From an uncultured Bacteroidales bacterium (GTDB lineage Bacteria > Bacteroidota > Bacteroidia > Bacteroidales > Paludibacteraceae), in contig CACZOA010000094.1 in assembly GCA_902782665.1 (NCBI GenBank), forward strand, positions 10,028 through 74,027: a stretch of 64,000 bases of DNA, in the 5' to 3' direction. The translations under genes were made by a program, and so were the position numbers. Under the pieces are notes generated by a model. The model ran no database searches, was not told the DNA's origin, and saw only the letters and a list, made by a program, of their open reading frames with translations. Below are positions 26,375 through 35,999 of this stretch, one piece after another (the first letter of the stretch is position 1; every line of letters starts with the position of its first letter).

Positions 26375-26476
26375 ATTTGCGACATTTTAACCTGAAAAAC
26401 GCCGCAAATTTTGCGACAAAAATAACAAAATAATGTCGCAAATTCAAATCAAGTCGGCATAATGTCGCAAATTCAA
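26375..26476. promoter_or_regulatory. cluster of ATGTCGCAAAT / TGCGACA boxes in the fic upstream region
   Basis: atttgcgacat (26375-26385, inverted), ttttgcgacaaaa (26409-26421), and taatgtcgcaaattcaa twice (26431-26447 and 26460-26476). Confidence 0.4.
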
Positions 26477-26570
26477 TATAGACATCGCTATACGGCGTCT
26501 ATACGAAAACATAATTTTGAATTTGCAATTCCTATAACTAAAAATTCTTTTACAATATTCAATTTTTTTG

Positions 26571-26578
26571 TATTTTTG
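26571..26578 (+). promoter_or_regulatory. -7 box TATTTTTG
   Basis: tatttttg followed by cacc. Faces the ORF starting at 26649/26769. Confidence 0.4.
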
Positions 26579-26768
26579 CACCCTGAATGAAAAAAGTGGG
26601 ATGTTTTTCCCGTTTATGTGTGATTCCTGCTGAATAAAAATTCATTCTGTGGATGGAATCATGGTTGAATCTCTTGACTTGTATGAATGTATATGGGTTA
26701 GGGGATTTTTTCATTTGAAAAGGAGAAATTTAATAATTAGCAACTTGATTGACCTTAGGACTACAATA

Positions 26769-27572
26769 ATGAATAAACTTTTGTCGCTTTTGCTGGCGAC
26801 TTTGGCTTTTTGTTCTTTTCCCGTTTCGGCTGAGCCTGTTGATAGGGACACTGTTTTTATTGACAGTCTGAACGTCAGGTTTAATCTGGACGATCCGGTG
26901 ATAAAATCTGGAGTGATTGACTTCTATATCGACAGCATCGGCGTCGCTTCTAATGATTTCCTTAAATTCATAACGCTTGTAGCCACTCCTTATGATTTTT
27001 CCAAACCACAGATAAACAGAATCTTCGACACTGCGTCTACTCAATATAATGAGACTCGTATCCTCACGTATCTGAAATATTTCAATGACAAATCTTATAT
27101 TCCGATTGTGAAGGAATGGTTTGTGAAAAGTGACAAACGTGCCAAATCTTTGTATGAATCGATCCTGTTTGAGTTTGGCGACAAGGAGATCAGCGATCAA
27201 TGGGAGAACACTATGAGAGGATGCTCTACGGTGAATAAGATGATTCCTATGTCGATCGGACAGTATCTGCCTGTTATTTGCGGCCGTTTCCCTGACAGAA
27301 GGTTTTGTGATTGTGTGTTGGATTTCGTTATAAACCATCAGAATCAGTATTTTGTTTATAAAGACTATAACGGGGATATTGAATATGATGACGTCGTGTA
27401 TTTCATCAGTTTTTTCCTTGTGGATCGACTGAAGGGATTCCCGGATGCGTTTGCATTTAATAAATATGTACGCAATATCGGAAAAAACAGGTATGTTTCC
27501 TTTACTCAGGCAGATAAGGATAGAATAATCAAGTGGTGTAAATTGCACCGTCGTGATTATGAGTTTGAATAA
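26769..27572 (+). CDS. secreted hypothetical protein
   Basis: The Met at 26769 starts a clear signal peptide, MNKLLSLLLATLAFCSFPVSAEP. The ORF-track GTG start at 26649 adds 40 non-signal residues. The 288-aa antisense ORF looks like noise. Confidence 0.6.
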   Translation: MNKLLSLLLATLAFCSFPVSAEPVDRDTVFIDSLNVRFNLDDPVIKSGVIDFYIDSIGVASNDFLKFITLVATPYDFSKPQINRIFDTASTQYNETRILTYLKYFNDKSYIPIVKEWFVKSDKRAKSLYESILFEFGDKEISDQWENTMRGCSTVNKMIPMSIGQYLPVICGRFPDRRFCDCVLDFVINHQNQYFVYKDYNGDIEYDDVVYFISFFLVDRLKGFPDAFAFNKYVRNIGKNRYVSFTQADKDRIIKWCKLHRRDYEFE

Positions 27573-27764
27573 TATGGGAGACGCAATTGTCCCCAAACGA
27601 CTGTTTTAGTAACAGACTTTAAGAAAAAAATCGAATTTTGTGATAAATCATTCGTTTTAGCATTAAAAAAATGTTAAAATTATCGTCATTTTTGGCTTTT
27701 TATGTGAAAAAATCTAATTATTTCTTTCCTTTGCGGTATACAAGTTAGACTAAAACAAACGGTT

Positions 27765-28571
27765 ATGAAACAAACTAGATTTATTTCTGTCGTTATCGCG
27801 ACAATTTTACTGCTCTGTTCAGCAGACGTTTTCGCCCAGCGTTATCATGGTAATCGAGGATCTTCTGGAAGTGGAGGACGATCTGTGTGTAAGTCTTCTC
27901 ATTCCTCGCGTTCTTCAGGTTCGAAATCTCGTTCAAAATGTAGTTATGGCAAAGAATATTTTAACAGAGGTTCTTGTGGTACTTATGAATATAATTATAA
28001 CAATAGGCTTATTAAAAGTATTGCGACTAGACCTGCTTCCAAAAGCATTATTAATAATGGTTATACTCCTGCCATTTACTTTTCAAAAAGAGATGTTTTA
28101 AACTCGTCTTGTCCGAATTATGGATATGAGGTGAGCAAAAGGAGAGCGACAAAAGGTTCTGTTTTGGTACATCATTCGACAGGCGATCTTTATTATCGTG
28201 ATGGAATCTTCTTTTCTAAATGTCCTGATAGTCGTAAGTATGCGATTCATAAACCTAGTTGTGGTTTACATGTCCCTGTTTTACCAGACTCTAGTAGTAT
28301 GTATGAGTTGAATGGAACGGCTTATTATTACTATTATGCTACATATTATACATTCGATGAGTCGACGTTGGATTTTGTAGTTGTGACTCCTCCTGTTGGT
28401 CTAGTGGTAGATAAAGTGCCTTGTGATGCAAAGGAGGTCATTGTGGATGAAGACCATTATTATATTGTTGGTAATGTGTTGTATAAGGAAGTCGATTCTA
28501 AGTATGAGGTTGCGAAGTTGGATAAAGAAGCATTGAATCAGATAAAAGATTTCTTAGCGTCTACAAAATGA
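27765..28571 (+). CDS. secreted Ser/Gly-rich, Tyr-rich repeat-family protein, paralog 1
   Basis: Signal peptide MKQTRFISVVIATILLLCSADVFAQR and a low-complexity S/G/R tract. Conserved C-terminal module GDLYYRDGIFF...IHKPSCG..VP..P...YYYYYATYY...FVVVTPPVGLVV...YYIVGNVLYK. Confidence 0.7.
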   Translation: MKQTRFISVVIATILLLCSADVFAQRYHGNRGSSGSGGRSVCKSSHSSRSSGSKSRSKCSYGKEYFNRGSCGTYEYNYNNRLIKSIATRPASKSIINNGYTPAIYFSKRDVLNSSCPNYGYEVSKRRATKGSVLVHHSTGDLYYRDGIFFSKCPDSRKYAIHKPSCGLHVPVLPDSSSMYELNGTAYYYYYATYYTFDESTLDFVVVTPPVGLVVDKVPCDAKEVIVDEDHYYIVGNVLYKEVDSKYEVAKLDKEALNQIKDFLASTK

Positions 28572-28717
28572 TATGATGCTAATGAAGTTGAATGATCGTT
28601 GATAACCCTTATTCGAAGAATAATTGAATAGTTGATTTTGAAAGATACACATTCATCTAAGAATGTGTATCTATTTATTACTGAATTATTAACAAACTAG
28701 ACTAAATACAAACGGTT

Positions 28718-29632
28718 ATGAAACAATCAAGATTAATTTCTGTCGTTATTGCGACAATTTTGATGCTCTGCTCAGCAGACGCTTTTGCGCAACGTTCCCG
28801 TGGCGGTGGTAGTGGATCTTCTGGAGGTCGTATGGAGGGTGGCCCACGACCTGTATATAAAGTCTCTTCATCATCGCAGTCTTCTTCAGGTTCCTCATCT
28901 GGTTCTTCATCAAGATCTTCTTATAGTTCTGGTTATAGTAAAGGATCATGTTGTGGAGGACAAGTAAGAAGTGGAGGGTATTTTTATAATGATGCATTTC
29001 GCAATCGAGACTATAATTATAATAGCTTTTCTATGAATAATAGCTATTATGGAAGTCCTTCAACAATTGGATATGGATTAGCCGACGATAACGATCATGT
29101 TTTTACATGTTCATTATTTGATATTTTTTCTAAAAAAAATATGTTAATCGCACCTTATCCGATCTTTGGTTATGAAGTGAGCAAAAGGACGGCGACAAAA
29201 GAGTCTATTTTAATTTCTCGTCCGTCAGGAGATTTTTATTATCGTGATGGAATTTTCTTTTCTCAAAGCCCCAAAAATAGCCGTAAGTATGTGATACATA
29301 AACCATGTTGTGGCTTCAGAGTCCCAAACATTCCTTCTTCACGTCGTGAATATGTAGTTAATGATATTTCATATTACTACTTTTATGGAACATTCTATAT
29401 TTACGACGATTCTACATCTGAGTATGTAGTTGTCGCTCCTCCAGCTGGACTGGTTCTAAATAAACTACCTCGTGGTGCCAGGGTAGTTGAAGTGGGTGAC
29501 AATCGTTATTATATAGTTGGTAATGTGTTGTACAAAGCTCTATGTTCTGAGGAGAAGTGTAAATTTGAGGTGGCGAAGTTGGATAGGAAAGAAATGCGAC
29601 TTGTTAGAGATTTCTTAGCGTCCTCTAAATGA
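28718..29632 (+). CDS. secreted Ser/Gly-rich, Tyr-rich repeat-family protein, paralog 2
   Basis: Same signal peptide, 5' leader (agactaaa.acaaacggttATGaaaca) and C-terminal module as paralog 1. Confidence 0.7.
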   Translation: MKQSRLISVVIATILMLCSADAFAQRSRGGGSGSSGGRMEGGPRPVYKVSSSSQSSSGSSSGSSSRSSYSSGYSKGSCCGGQVRSGGYFYNDAFRNRDYNYNSFSMNNSYYGSPSTIGYGLADDNDHVFTCSLFDIFSKKNMLIAPYPIFGYEVSKRTATKESILISRPSGDFYYRDGIFFSQSPKNSRKYVIHKPCCGFRVPNIPSSRREYVVNDISYYYFYGTFYIYDDSTSEYVVVAPPAGLVLNKLPRGARVVEVGDNRYYIVGNVLYKALCSEEKCKFEVAKLDRKEMRLVRDFLASSK

Positions 29633-29659
29633 TATCAATGAAAGTTGAGATATAAAGAT

Positions 29660-29701
29660 TGCCGAAGGAAACTGTCTATTCAGAATCCTTCGGCATTTTT
29701 T
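29660..29701 (+). terminator. bidirectional rho-independent terminator
   Basis: tgccgaagg...ccttcggca stem plus tttttt. Lies between two convergent genes. Confidence 0.7.
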
Positions 29702-29730
29702 ATTGTAATTTATAATTCCGCATTCCTAAT

Positions 29731-31005
29731 TTAGTATTTCTTAAAGTCTCCCCACAATCTGGTCATCTGTTCTTTCATCTTTATTTCAGCTGCACTGTCT
29801 CCTCCGTTCCATAGCTGTACACCGGAGATAGCGTCAGGCATATATTGCTGTGCGTAGAAATGACCAGGATAGTCGTGTGGATAACGGTACTCAGCGCCAT
29901 ATCCCATCTGCTCCATCAGTTTGTTTGGGGCGTTACGGATATTGAGTGGCACTGGCAGATCTCCCGTCTTCTGCACCATATCAAGAGCCGCTCCGATAGC
30001 CTTGTATGCGGAGTTGCTTTTCGGGCTTGTTGCGAGATAGATAGTTGCCTCGGCCAAGACGATTCTGCCTTCAGGCCATCCGATCTTCTGAATTGCGTCA
30101 AACGCCGCATTGGCAAGCAACAGAGCGTTAGGATTGGCAAGACCTATATCTTCGGCTGCGGAAATCACAAGTCGACGGGCGATAAACTTCGGGTCTTCTC
30201 CTCCTGCCACCATTCGACCAAGCCAGTAGATGGCGGCGTCGGGGTCGGAACCTCTGATACTTTTTATAAAAGCTGAGATGATATCATAGTGAAGCTCTCC
30301 GTTCTTGTCGTAAGCACTTGGATTCTGTTGCAGACGGATGGTGATCAAATCGTCTGTCAGTTCCACCGTCTCCTTATCCTGATCCGCATTGCAGACAAGG
30401 TCGATGATATTCAGCATTTTTCTCGCGTCGCCACCAGAGAAACGGAGTAGGGCATTCGTCTCCTTCAACACCACATTCATTTTTTTCAGCTCATAATCAG
30501 TGGCGATCGCTTTTTCTGCGAGACGCAACAGATCCTCATTTTCAAGAGGCTTCAACACATACACCTGACAGCGTGAAAGCAATGGGGTGATCACCTCAAA
30601 AGATGGGTTTTCCGTCGTCGCACCTATTAATGTGACCACGCCTCTCTCCACAGCGCTCAACAATGAATCCTGCTGCGACTTGGAGAAACGGTGGATCTCG
30701 TCGATGAACAGGATAGGGGCTTGTGTGTCGAATCCACGTGAATGTTTAGCCTTTTCCAGCACCTCACGTATGTCCTTCACTCCGGAAGAAATCGCGCTCA
30801 GAGTGAAAAACGGCAGACGAAGTTGCTCAGCAATGATTCCGGCAAGAGTCGTTTTTCCCACACCCGGAGGCCCCCACAGAATGAATGACGAGATTTTTCC
30901 AGAGTCGATCATACGGCGAAGCACAGCACCCTCTCCGATGAGATGTTGCTGTCCAACATAGTCCTCCAGCGATTTTGGACGCATTCTTTCTGCTAATGGC
31001 TGCAT
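29731..31005 (-). CDS. rarA: replication-associated recombination protein A (AAA+ ATPase)
   Basis: MQPLAERMRPKSLEDYVGQQHL..., Walker A GPPGVGKTT, Walker B FIDEIHRF. The ORF track extends to 31086, but those 27 extra residues overlap the divergent gene's upstream region. Confidence 0.93.
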   Translation of the reverse strand: MQPLAERMRPKSLEDYVGQQHLIGEGAVLRRMIDSGKISSFILWGPPGVGKTTLAGIIAEQLRLPFFTLSAISSGVKDIREVLEKAKHSRGFDTQAPILFIDEIHRFSKSQQDSLLSAVERGVVTLIGATTENPSFEVITPLLSRCQVYVLKPLENEDLLRLAEKAIATDYELKKMNVVLKETNALLRFSGGDARKMLNIIDLVCNADQDKETVELTDDLITIRLQQNPSAYDKNGELHYDIISAFIKSIRGSDPDAAIYWLGRMVAGGEDPKFIARRLVISAAEDIGLANPNALLLANAAFDAIQKIGWPEGRIVLAEATIYLATSPKSNSAYKAIGAALDMVQKTGDLPVPLNIRNAPNKLMEQMGYGAEYRYPHDYPGHFYAQQYMPDAISGVQLWNGGDSAAEIKMKEQMTRLWGDFKKY

Positions 31006-31111
31006 TTTATTTAATAAATGTGAAAATTCACCACAAAAATAAGATTTGCCAGTAGAAAAATCTAATAATTTTATTTTCATTTGCATCGTAAAACAAAAAA
31101 AACGAAAGATT

Positions 31112-31900
31112 ATGAAACAGACTAAATTGATATTCGCTGCAATCGCAACATGTTTGCTATTCAGCTCGGCAGACGCTTTCGCTCAGCGTTCACATGGAGG
31201 TTCGGAGTCATCTGCTCGACCTTCAACGTCTACTTCGGTGTCTGCTTCACCTTCGAACAGCTCATCAAGCAGCTCTTCAAAGGGAAATGTATCGTCAGCT
31301 CACAATGAGCGTTCGGCACGTCCGACAGCTCAGCCAGCACATAAGCCATCTTCTCACCAGGCAGCTCCTCCAAAGGCTCCAAACCGTGTAGAGCGTGGTC
31401 CAGTGTCAACATCGTCTCCAAGCAAGCGTCTTCAGCCGCATAAGGTGGCTCCAGGAGCCAATTATCACAAGAAGCCACATTATGGCTCTGCGGTATCAAT
31501 GAAGAAGGCTACTAAGAAGTCGCATGTGATCAAGCACCATACAGGTGATTACTACTATCGTGACGGTGTTTTCTACCGTTTCCACAACAACAAGTATACA
31601 ATCCACCGTCCACATGCTGGATTCCGTGTGGCGTCAATTCCAGAGTATCGTGTTGTTTCTGTCAACGGAGTGTCGTACTACTATTACTATGGCACATTCT
31701 ACTCTTACATGGCACCATCTCGTGAGTATGTTGTAGTGGCACCTCCTGTAGGAGCAATAGTTGAGAGTATCCCTGAGGGTTACGAGAAAATTGATATCAA
31801 CGGCAATACTTACTACACTGTTGGTGGAGTGCAGTATAAGGCTGTGATTTTCAATGGTGAGATTTGGTATGAGGTAATTAAGGTCGACGACGACTATTGA
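31112..31900 (+). CDS. secreted Ser/Pro-rich, Tyr-rich repeat-family protein, paralog 3
   Basis: Signal peptide MKQTKLIFAAIATCLLFSSADAFAQRS and the same C-terminal module (GDYYYRDGVFY...IHRPHAGFRV...YYYYYGTFY...YVVVAPPVGAIV...YYTVGGVQYK). The upstream start at 31046 is unlikely. Confidence 0.7.
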   Translation: MKQTKLIFAAIATCLLFSSADAFAQRSHGGSESSARPSTSTSVSASPSNSSSSSSSKGNVSSAHNERSARPTAQPAHKPSSHQAAPPKAPNRVERGPVSTSSPSKRLQPHKVAPGANYHKKPHYGSAVSMKKATKKSHVIKHHTGDYYYRDGVFYRFHNNKYTIHRPHAGFRVASIPEYRVVSVNGVSYYYYYGTFYSYMAPSREYVVVAPPVGAIVESIPEGYEKIDINGNTYYTVGGVQYKAVIFNGEIWYEVIKVDDDY

Positions 31901-31931
31901 TAGTATTAGAATATGAATTAAATAAAATCGG

Positions 31932-31961
31932 AAAGACGGGCAGTGATGTCCGTCTTTTTTG
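31932..31961 (+). terminator. rho-independent terminator
   Basis: aaagacgg...ccgtcttt stem plus ttttt. Confidence 0.65.
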
Positions 31962-32046
31962 TTATACATTTATCTTCTGCTTTATTCTGTTTTATTGGAA
32001 TTAATGTGTATTTTTGTACAAATAATTCAGAATAACATCCTATAAT

Positions 32047-32517
32047 ATGGCACAAATAATGACATTGGATGATATAGACATCCGTATTTTGCAGGAATTG
32101 CAACAGAACAGCCGTCTTACCAATAAGGAGTTGGCTGCACGTATTCACCTAAGTACCACTCCGACATTTGAGCGTCATCGTCGTTTGGAGCGTGAGGGTT
32201 ATATCAAGATGTATACTGCGATTGTCGACGCAGACCGAATAGACAGAAGTTTTGCAGTATATTGCAATATCAGTTTCAAGCAGATCAACCGTGAAGTTGC
32301 TGATGAGTTTCGTGAGATTGTCGCTAGTTGGGATGAAGTGACAGAATGTTACAATGTGAGTGGTGACTGCGATTTCCTTATGAAGGTCAATGTGCGTGGT
32401 ATGAAGGAATATCAGGAGTTTATCCTTTATAAGGTGGGTGAACTTGATTATGTCGGCCGTGTACAGAGTGTTTTCGTGATGGAGACACTGAAGCAGAATT
32501 ACGGTATTAGATTGTGA
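32047..32517 (+). CDS. Lrp/AsnC-family transcriptional regulator
   Basis: LDDIDIRILQELQQNSRLTNKELAARIHLSTTPTFERHRRLEREGYI HTH plus a RAM-type C-terminal domain. Confidence 0.92.
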   Translation: MAQIMTLDDIDIRILQELQQNSRLTNKELAARIHLSTTPTFERHRRLEREGYIKMYTAIVDADRIDRSFAVYCNISFKQINREVADEFREIVASWDEVTECYNVSGDCDFLMKVNVRGMKEYQEFILYKVGELDYVGRVQSVFVMETLKQNYGIRL

Positions 32518-32624
32518 TGGTTAATGGTTGATGGTGGAAGGTTGATGGTGGATGGTTGATGATGGATGGTGGACGGTTTAATCAATCCTTAACCATCAAT
32601 CGTCAATCATCAATCGTCAATCAT
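32516..32624 (+). repeat. long imperfect palindromic element L ((GGTTGATGG)n - ggtttaatcaatcctta - (CCATCAATC)n + T-run)
   Basis: The G-rich arm (32516-32574) pairs with the C-rich arm (32590-32620). It starts on the lrp stop codon and ends 2 nt from the four-helix-bundle gene stop. Confidence 0.8.
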
Positions 32625-32626
32625 TT

Positions 32627-33046
32627 TTATTTTCCTAGTTTTGTTTTCACAGATTTTACAATAGCAGACAAACATTTTAGAATTCGTATGCAATCGTGAT
32701 TTATTGATTCAAAATTTGAATCATTAAGATATCCATTATCATGAAGTAAGTTTAACCAATAGTCTGTTTCGTCAGCTTCTTTTAGAGCGATATTCATTTT
32801 GTTCAAAAAATCAGCTTTCGATTGAGCGTGATTAGCTTCTCGAATATTTGCTCCTATTGATGTACCGCTTCTGTATACCTGTTTGGCAATCACAAACTCC
32901 TTGTATTCAGCATCTTCTGTAAGATATTGAAACAAGCGAGAAATACGGCAAGCAAAATCATATGATAAAATCTGAACGTTGCCAGAAATCTTTTGATTTT
33001 CCGACATCAAGTTAGATAGATTCCCTCTTTTATTTTTGTACTCCAT
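32627..33046 (-). CDS. four-helix-bundle protein (23S rRNA intervening-sequence protein / Avd-like family)
   Basis: FACRISRLFQYL...VIAKQVYRSGTSIGANIREANHAQSKADFLNKMNIALKEADETDYWLNLL matches the family pattern (Q..RsatSI.aNIaEg....S..dF..kl.iA.kEa.Et.yWL.l). Confidence 0.85.
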   Translation of the reverse strand: MEYKNKRGNLSNLMSENQKISGNVQILSYDFACRISRLFQYLTEDAEYKEFVIAKQVYRSGTSIGANIREANHAQSKADFLNKMNIALKEADETDYWLNLLHDNGYLNDSNFESINHDCIRILKCLSAIVKSVKTKLGK

Positions 33047-33060
33047 ACTAATCTTATTTT

Positions 33061-33146
33061 GGTTGGAAGGTTGATGATGGAAGGTTTAATCAATCCTTAA
33101 TCATCAACCATCAATCATCCATCCTCAATCATCCATCCTCAATCAT
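33061..33146 (+). repeat. long imperfect palindromic element R (same family and orientation as L)
   Basis: ggttggaaggttgatgatggaaggtttaatcaatccttaatcatcaaccatcaatcatccatcctcaatcatccatcctcaatcattttt. It overlaps the stop codon of the rhodanese gene. Confidence 0.8.
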
Positions 33147-33523
33147 TTTTCAACTGGCATTGAAGCATTCTGCCAACCCAAGATGCCTGAGTTTAGCTCA
33201 ATCACCTGATAGCCCATGTCTGCCATTGCGTTGGCTGCTACTTTGCTACGTTTTCCAGAACGGCAGTAAACTGCGATTTTTTTCTTTTTATCAAGTTTTG
33301 CAGCTTCTGTCTGGAAGTCAGCACTCTTCATATCGATATTCTGAGCACCTTTGATGTAGCCAGACTTGTATTCAGATGGCGTACGTACGTCTACAACGAC
33401 AACAGAGTCGTTCTTGATTGCTGTGGCAAATTCTGTAACAGATAGAGATGTGAATTCACCAGCGTTTGCTACTGCTGCAGTGCAAAATCCTAATGCAACT
33501 AAAATCCTTTTCAATCTATTCAT
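33143..33523 (-). CDS. secreted rhodanese-domain sulfurtransferase
   Basis: Signal peptide, [11 protein letters not shown], and the active-site loop CRSGKRS. Confidence 0.85.
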   Translation of the reverse strand: MNRLKRILVALGFCTAAVANAGEFTSLSVTEFATAIKNDSVVVVDVRTPSEYKSGYIKGAQNIDMKSADFQTEAAKLDKKKKIAVYCRSGKRSKVAANAMADMGYQVIELNSGILGWQNASMPVEK

Positions 33524-35418
33524 ATCTTATTGTATTGGTTTTTAATTTCTTGTTTGATAGAATCTTTATCCAATCCGCATAATTTGTACAACTCTTCCGG
33601 AGTGCCGTGTTCAACGAATTTGTCTGGCAAACCAAGTCGTTTGACAATGATAGGTGTATCGTTGTCGTTGAAGAATTCGGTCACAGCTGAACCCATTCCT
33701 CCGTTCTTCACACCATCTTCCACAGTGATTATGCGACGGAATTTTTTTCCGACTTCTCTCAACAGATCTTCATCCAATGGTTTGACGAAAATCATATTGT
33801 AGTGTGCGGCATGGATTCCCTCTTCCTGAAGCTCACAGATCGCTTTTGCTACGGTGTTGCCGATCGGACCGACGGTAAGTACAGCCACACCGTCACCATC
33901 TGTAAGCATTTCTCCTTTGCCCACTGGCATCTCTTCAAGTGGACAATGCCAATCTTTCTGTTCTCCCTTGCCACGTGGATAACGGATCATGAAAGGACCT
34001 TTGTCTGGCAGCTGGGCTGTGTACATCAGTTTGCGCAATTGGCTTTCGTTGATTGGCGACGCGATTGTGAGGTTGGGCACAACACGGAATGCGGCGATGT
34101 CGAATGCACCATGGTGAGTCGCGCCGTCCGCACCAACTAATCCGGCACGGTCGAGACATATCACCATATTAAGGTTCTGTATTGCCACATCATGGATGAC
34201 ATTGTCGTAACCTCTCTGCATGAAAGAGGAATAGATGTTGCAGAACGGCATCATGCCAGCTTTTGCCAGACCTGCTGAGAATGTCACCGCATGTCCCTCG
34301 GCAATACCTACGTCGAAAGTACGGTTTGGCATCTCATGCATCATGAATGTCATGGAGCAACCTGTTGGCATGGCAGGAGTCACTCCCACGATTTTGTCGT
34401 TTTCACGTGCCAGTTCAAGCAACGTATGGCCGAACACATCCTGGAACAAAGGAGGTTGGTCAGTCTGGATGACCTTGATCTTCTCTCCTGTCTCAACGTC
34501 AAACTTGCCAGGAGCGTGCCACTCTGTAGCCGCCTCTTCTGCTGGTTTGAAGCCTTTGCCTTTTTTGGTGATAAGGTGAAGTAGTTTTGGACCTTTGATT
34601 CGTTTCAAATCTTCCAAAAGAGAGACCAGTTCCACAACGTTATGTCCGTCAGATGGACCGAAATATCTGATATTCAATCCTTCAAACATGTTTTGCTGAC
34701 TGCTCAACAATGATTTGACGGAGTTGGTAAGACGAGTGAATTTGCCTTTCTTGTCGTCGCCTATGATACCGGCATTTACAGCGCGGTTGTATAATCCTTC
34801 ACGAATACGGTTGTATCGTGGGGAAGATGTCAGTTTAAGCAGATAATCGCTCACTCCGCCCACAGCTGGATCAATAGCCATGTGGTTGTCGTTGAGGATG
34901 ATCAGCAGATTATTGTCGCAGATGGATGCGTTGTTCAATCCTTCAAAAGCAAGTCCACCAGTCATAGCACCGTCTCCAATGATGGCGACGGTATGATTAT
35001 CTTTGTGTTCTAGTTTAGATGCCACAGCCATTCCGAGTGATGCGGAAATGGAGTTGGACGCATGCCCAGCAATGAAAGAGTCGTAATCACTCTCTTTAGG
35101 GTTAGGAAAACCGCTTATTCCGCCAAACTTACGGTTTGTGCTGAACACTTTGCGTCTTCCTGTAAGGATCTTATGTCCGTAGGCCTGATGACCCACATCC
35201 CATACGATATTGTCTGATGGCATGTCGAACACATAGTGGAGAGCGACGGTGATTTCAACCGTGCCAAGACTGGATGCGAAATGCCCTGGGTTGTGCGACA
35301 GTTCATCGATGATGAATGCGCGCAACTCTTCACAAACTTGAGGCAGTTGCTCCACCTTAAGTTTCTTCAAATCCGAGGGATACTCGATATTATTGAGTAG
35401 ACTTTCTTTCATTTCCAT
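33520..35418 (-). CDS. dxs: 1-deoxy-D-xylulose-5-phosphate synthase
   Basis: 632 aa with [17 protein letters not shown] and GDGAMTGG (the TPP motif). Confidence 0.96.
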   Translation of the reverse strand: MEMKESLLNNIEYPSDLKKLKVEQLPQVCEELRAFIIDELSHNPGHFASSLGTVEITVALHYVFDMPSDNIVWDVGHQAYGHKILTGRRKVFSTNRKFGGISGFPNPKESDYDSFIAGHASNSISASLGMAVASKLEHKDNHTVAIIGDGAMTGGLAFEGLNNASICDNNLLIILNDNHMAIDPAVGGVSDYLLKLTSSPRYNRIREGLYNRAVNAGIIGDDKKGKFTRLTNSVKSLLSSQQNMFEGLNIRYFGPSDGHNVVELVSLLEDLKRIKGPKLLHLITKKGKGFKPAEEAATEWHAPGKFDVETGEKIKVIQTDQPPLFQDVFGHTLLELARENDKIVGVTPAMPTGCSMTFMMHEMPNRTFDVGIAEGHAVTFSAGLAKAGMMPFCNIYSSFMQRGYDNVIHDVAIQNLNMVICLDRAGLVGADGATHHGAFDIAAFRVVPNLTIASPINESQLRKLMYTAQLPDKGPFMIRYPRGKGEQKDWHCPLEEMPVGKGEMLTDGDGVAVLTVGPIGNTVAKAICELQEEGIHAAHYNMIFVKPLDEDLLREVGKKFRRIITVEDGVKNGGMGSAVTEFFNDNDTPIIVKRLGLPDKFVEHGTPEELYKLCGLDKDSIKQEIKNQYNKI

Positions 35419-35999
35419 TCTTTTCTCACTTTAACCATCATTTCCAACACTTGACTTATTATGCTGTTGTTGGAGTAGTTTTTTATTACAAAGTCAGCTT
35501 TGTTTATTTTATCGTCATCGTTGGCCTGGTTAGCCATACGTCGGCGGATTTCTTCAATATTTGCGGAATCACGTCGTGCGACTCTTTCTATTCTTGTTTC
35601 TGTAGGAGCGTAGACAAGGCATACTTTGTCGATACATTTATTGTTCAGACCGCATTCGTAGAGTATTGCGCTCTCCAATGCGACGATGTCTTTTTTTTGC
35701 TCCAAGCACCATCGGTTGAAATCATTTTCCACTGCTGGATGCACGATACCTTCAACCTTTGAAAGCAAAGCAGCGTCTGAAAAAATCATGGCTGCCATTT
35801 TTTTCCTGTTGAGACGTTGCCCTTCATACACGTCGTCACCAAGCAGGTCCATTATTTTTTGTCTCACGTCGGCATCGTTCTCCTGTAACCATTTGGCTTT
35901 GGAGTCGCAGTCGTATACAGGGACTCCCAATACAGAGAGAGTCTTGCTGACGACACTTTTGCCTGAGCCTATACCTCCTGTTATACCAAGTCTCAACAT
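35409..35999 (-). CDS. coaE: dephospho-CoA kinase
   Basis: [12 protein letters not shown]-loop, ~196 aa. Overlaps dxs by 10 nt. Confidence 0.92.
   Translation of the reverse strand: MLRLGITGGIGSGKSVVSKTLSVLGVPVYDCDSKAKWLQENDADVRQKIMDLLGDDVYEGQRLNRKKMAAMIFSDAALLSKVEGIVHPAVENDFNRWCLEQKKDIVALESAILYECGLNNKCIDKVCLVYAPTETRIERVARRDSANIEEIRRRMANQANDDDKINKADFVIKNYSNNSIISQVLEMMVKVRKEWK

Noticed and set aside
26730-27596. 288-aa ORF on the minus strand fully overlapping the 26769-27572 gene.
   Set aside because: The translation is Arg/Ile/His-rich with no motifs. The plus-strand product has a clean signal peptide and normal composition, so this is most likely an antisense artefact.
21935-29700. tRNA-Arg-linked genomic island (C10 protease, PrsW, Fic, secreted paralogs).
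   Set aside because: There is no integrase, I could not see a direct repeat of the tRNA 3' end downstream, and housekeeping rarA is interleaved. The evidence is insufficient.
32516-33146. Possible diversity-generating retroelement because an Avd-family four-helix-bundle gene is present.
   Set aside because: There is no reverse transcriptase and no template/variable repeat pair nearby. The flanking repeats are palindromic elements, not TR/VR.
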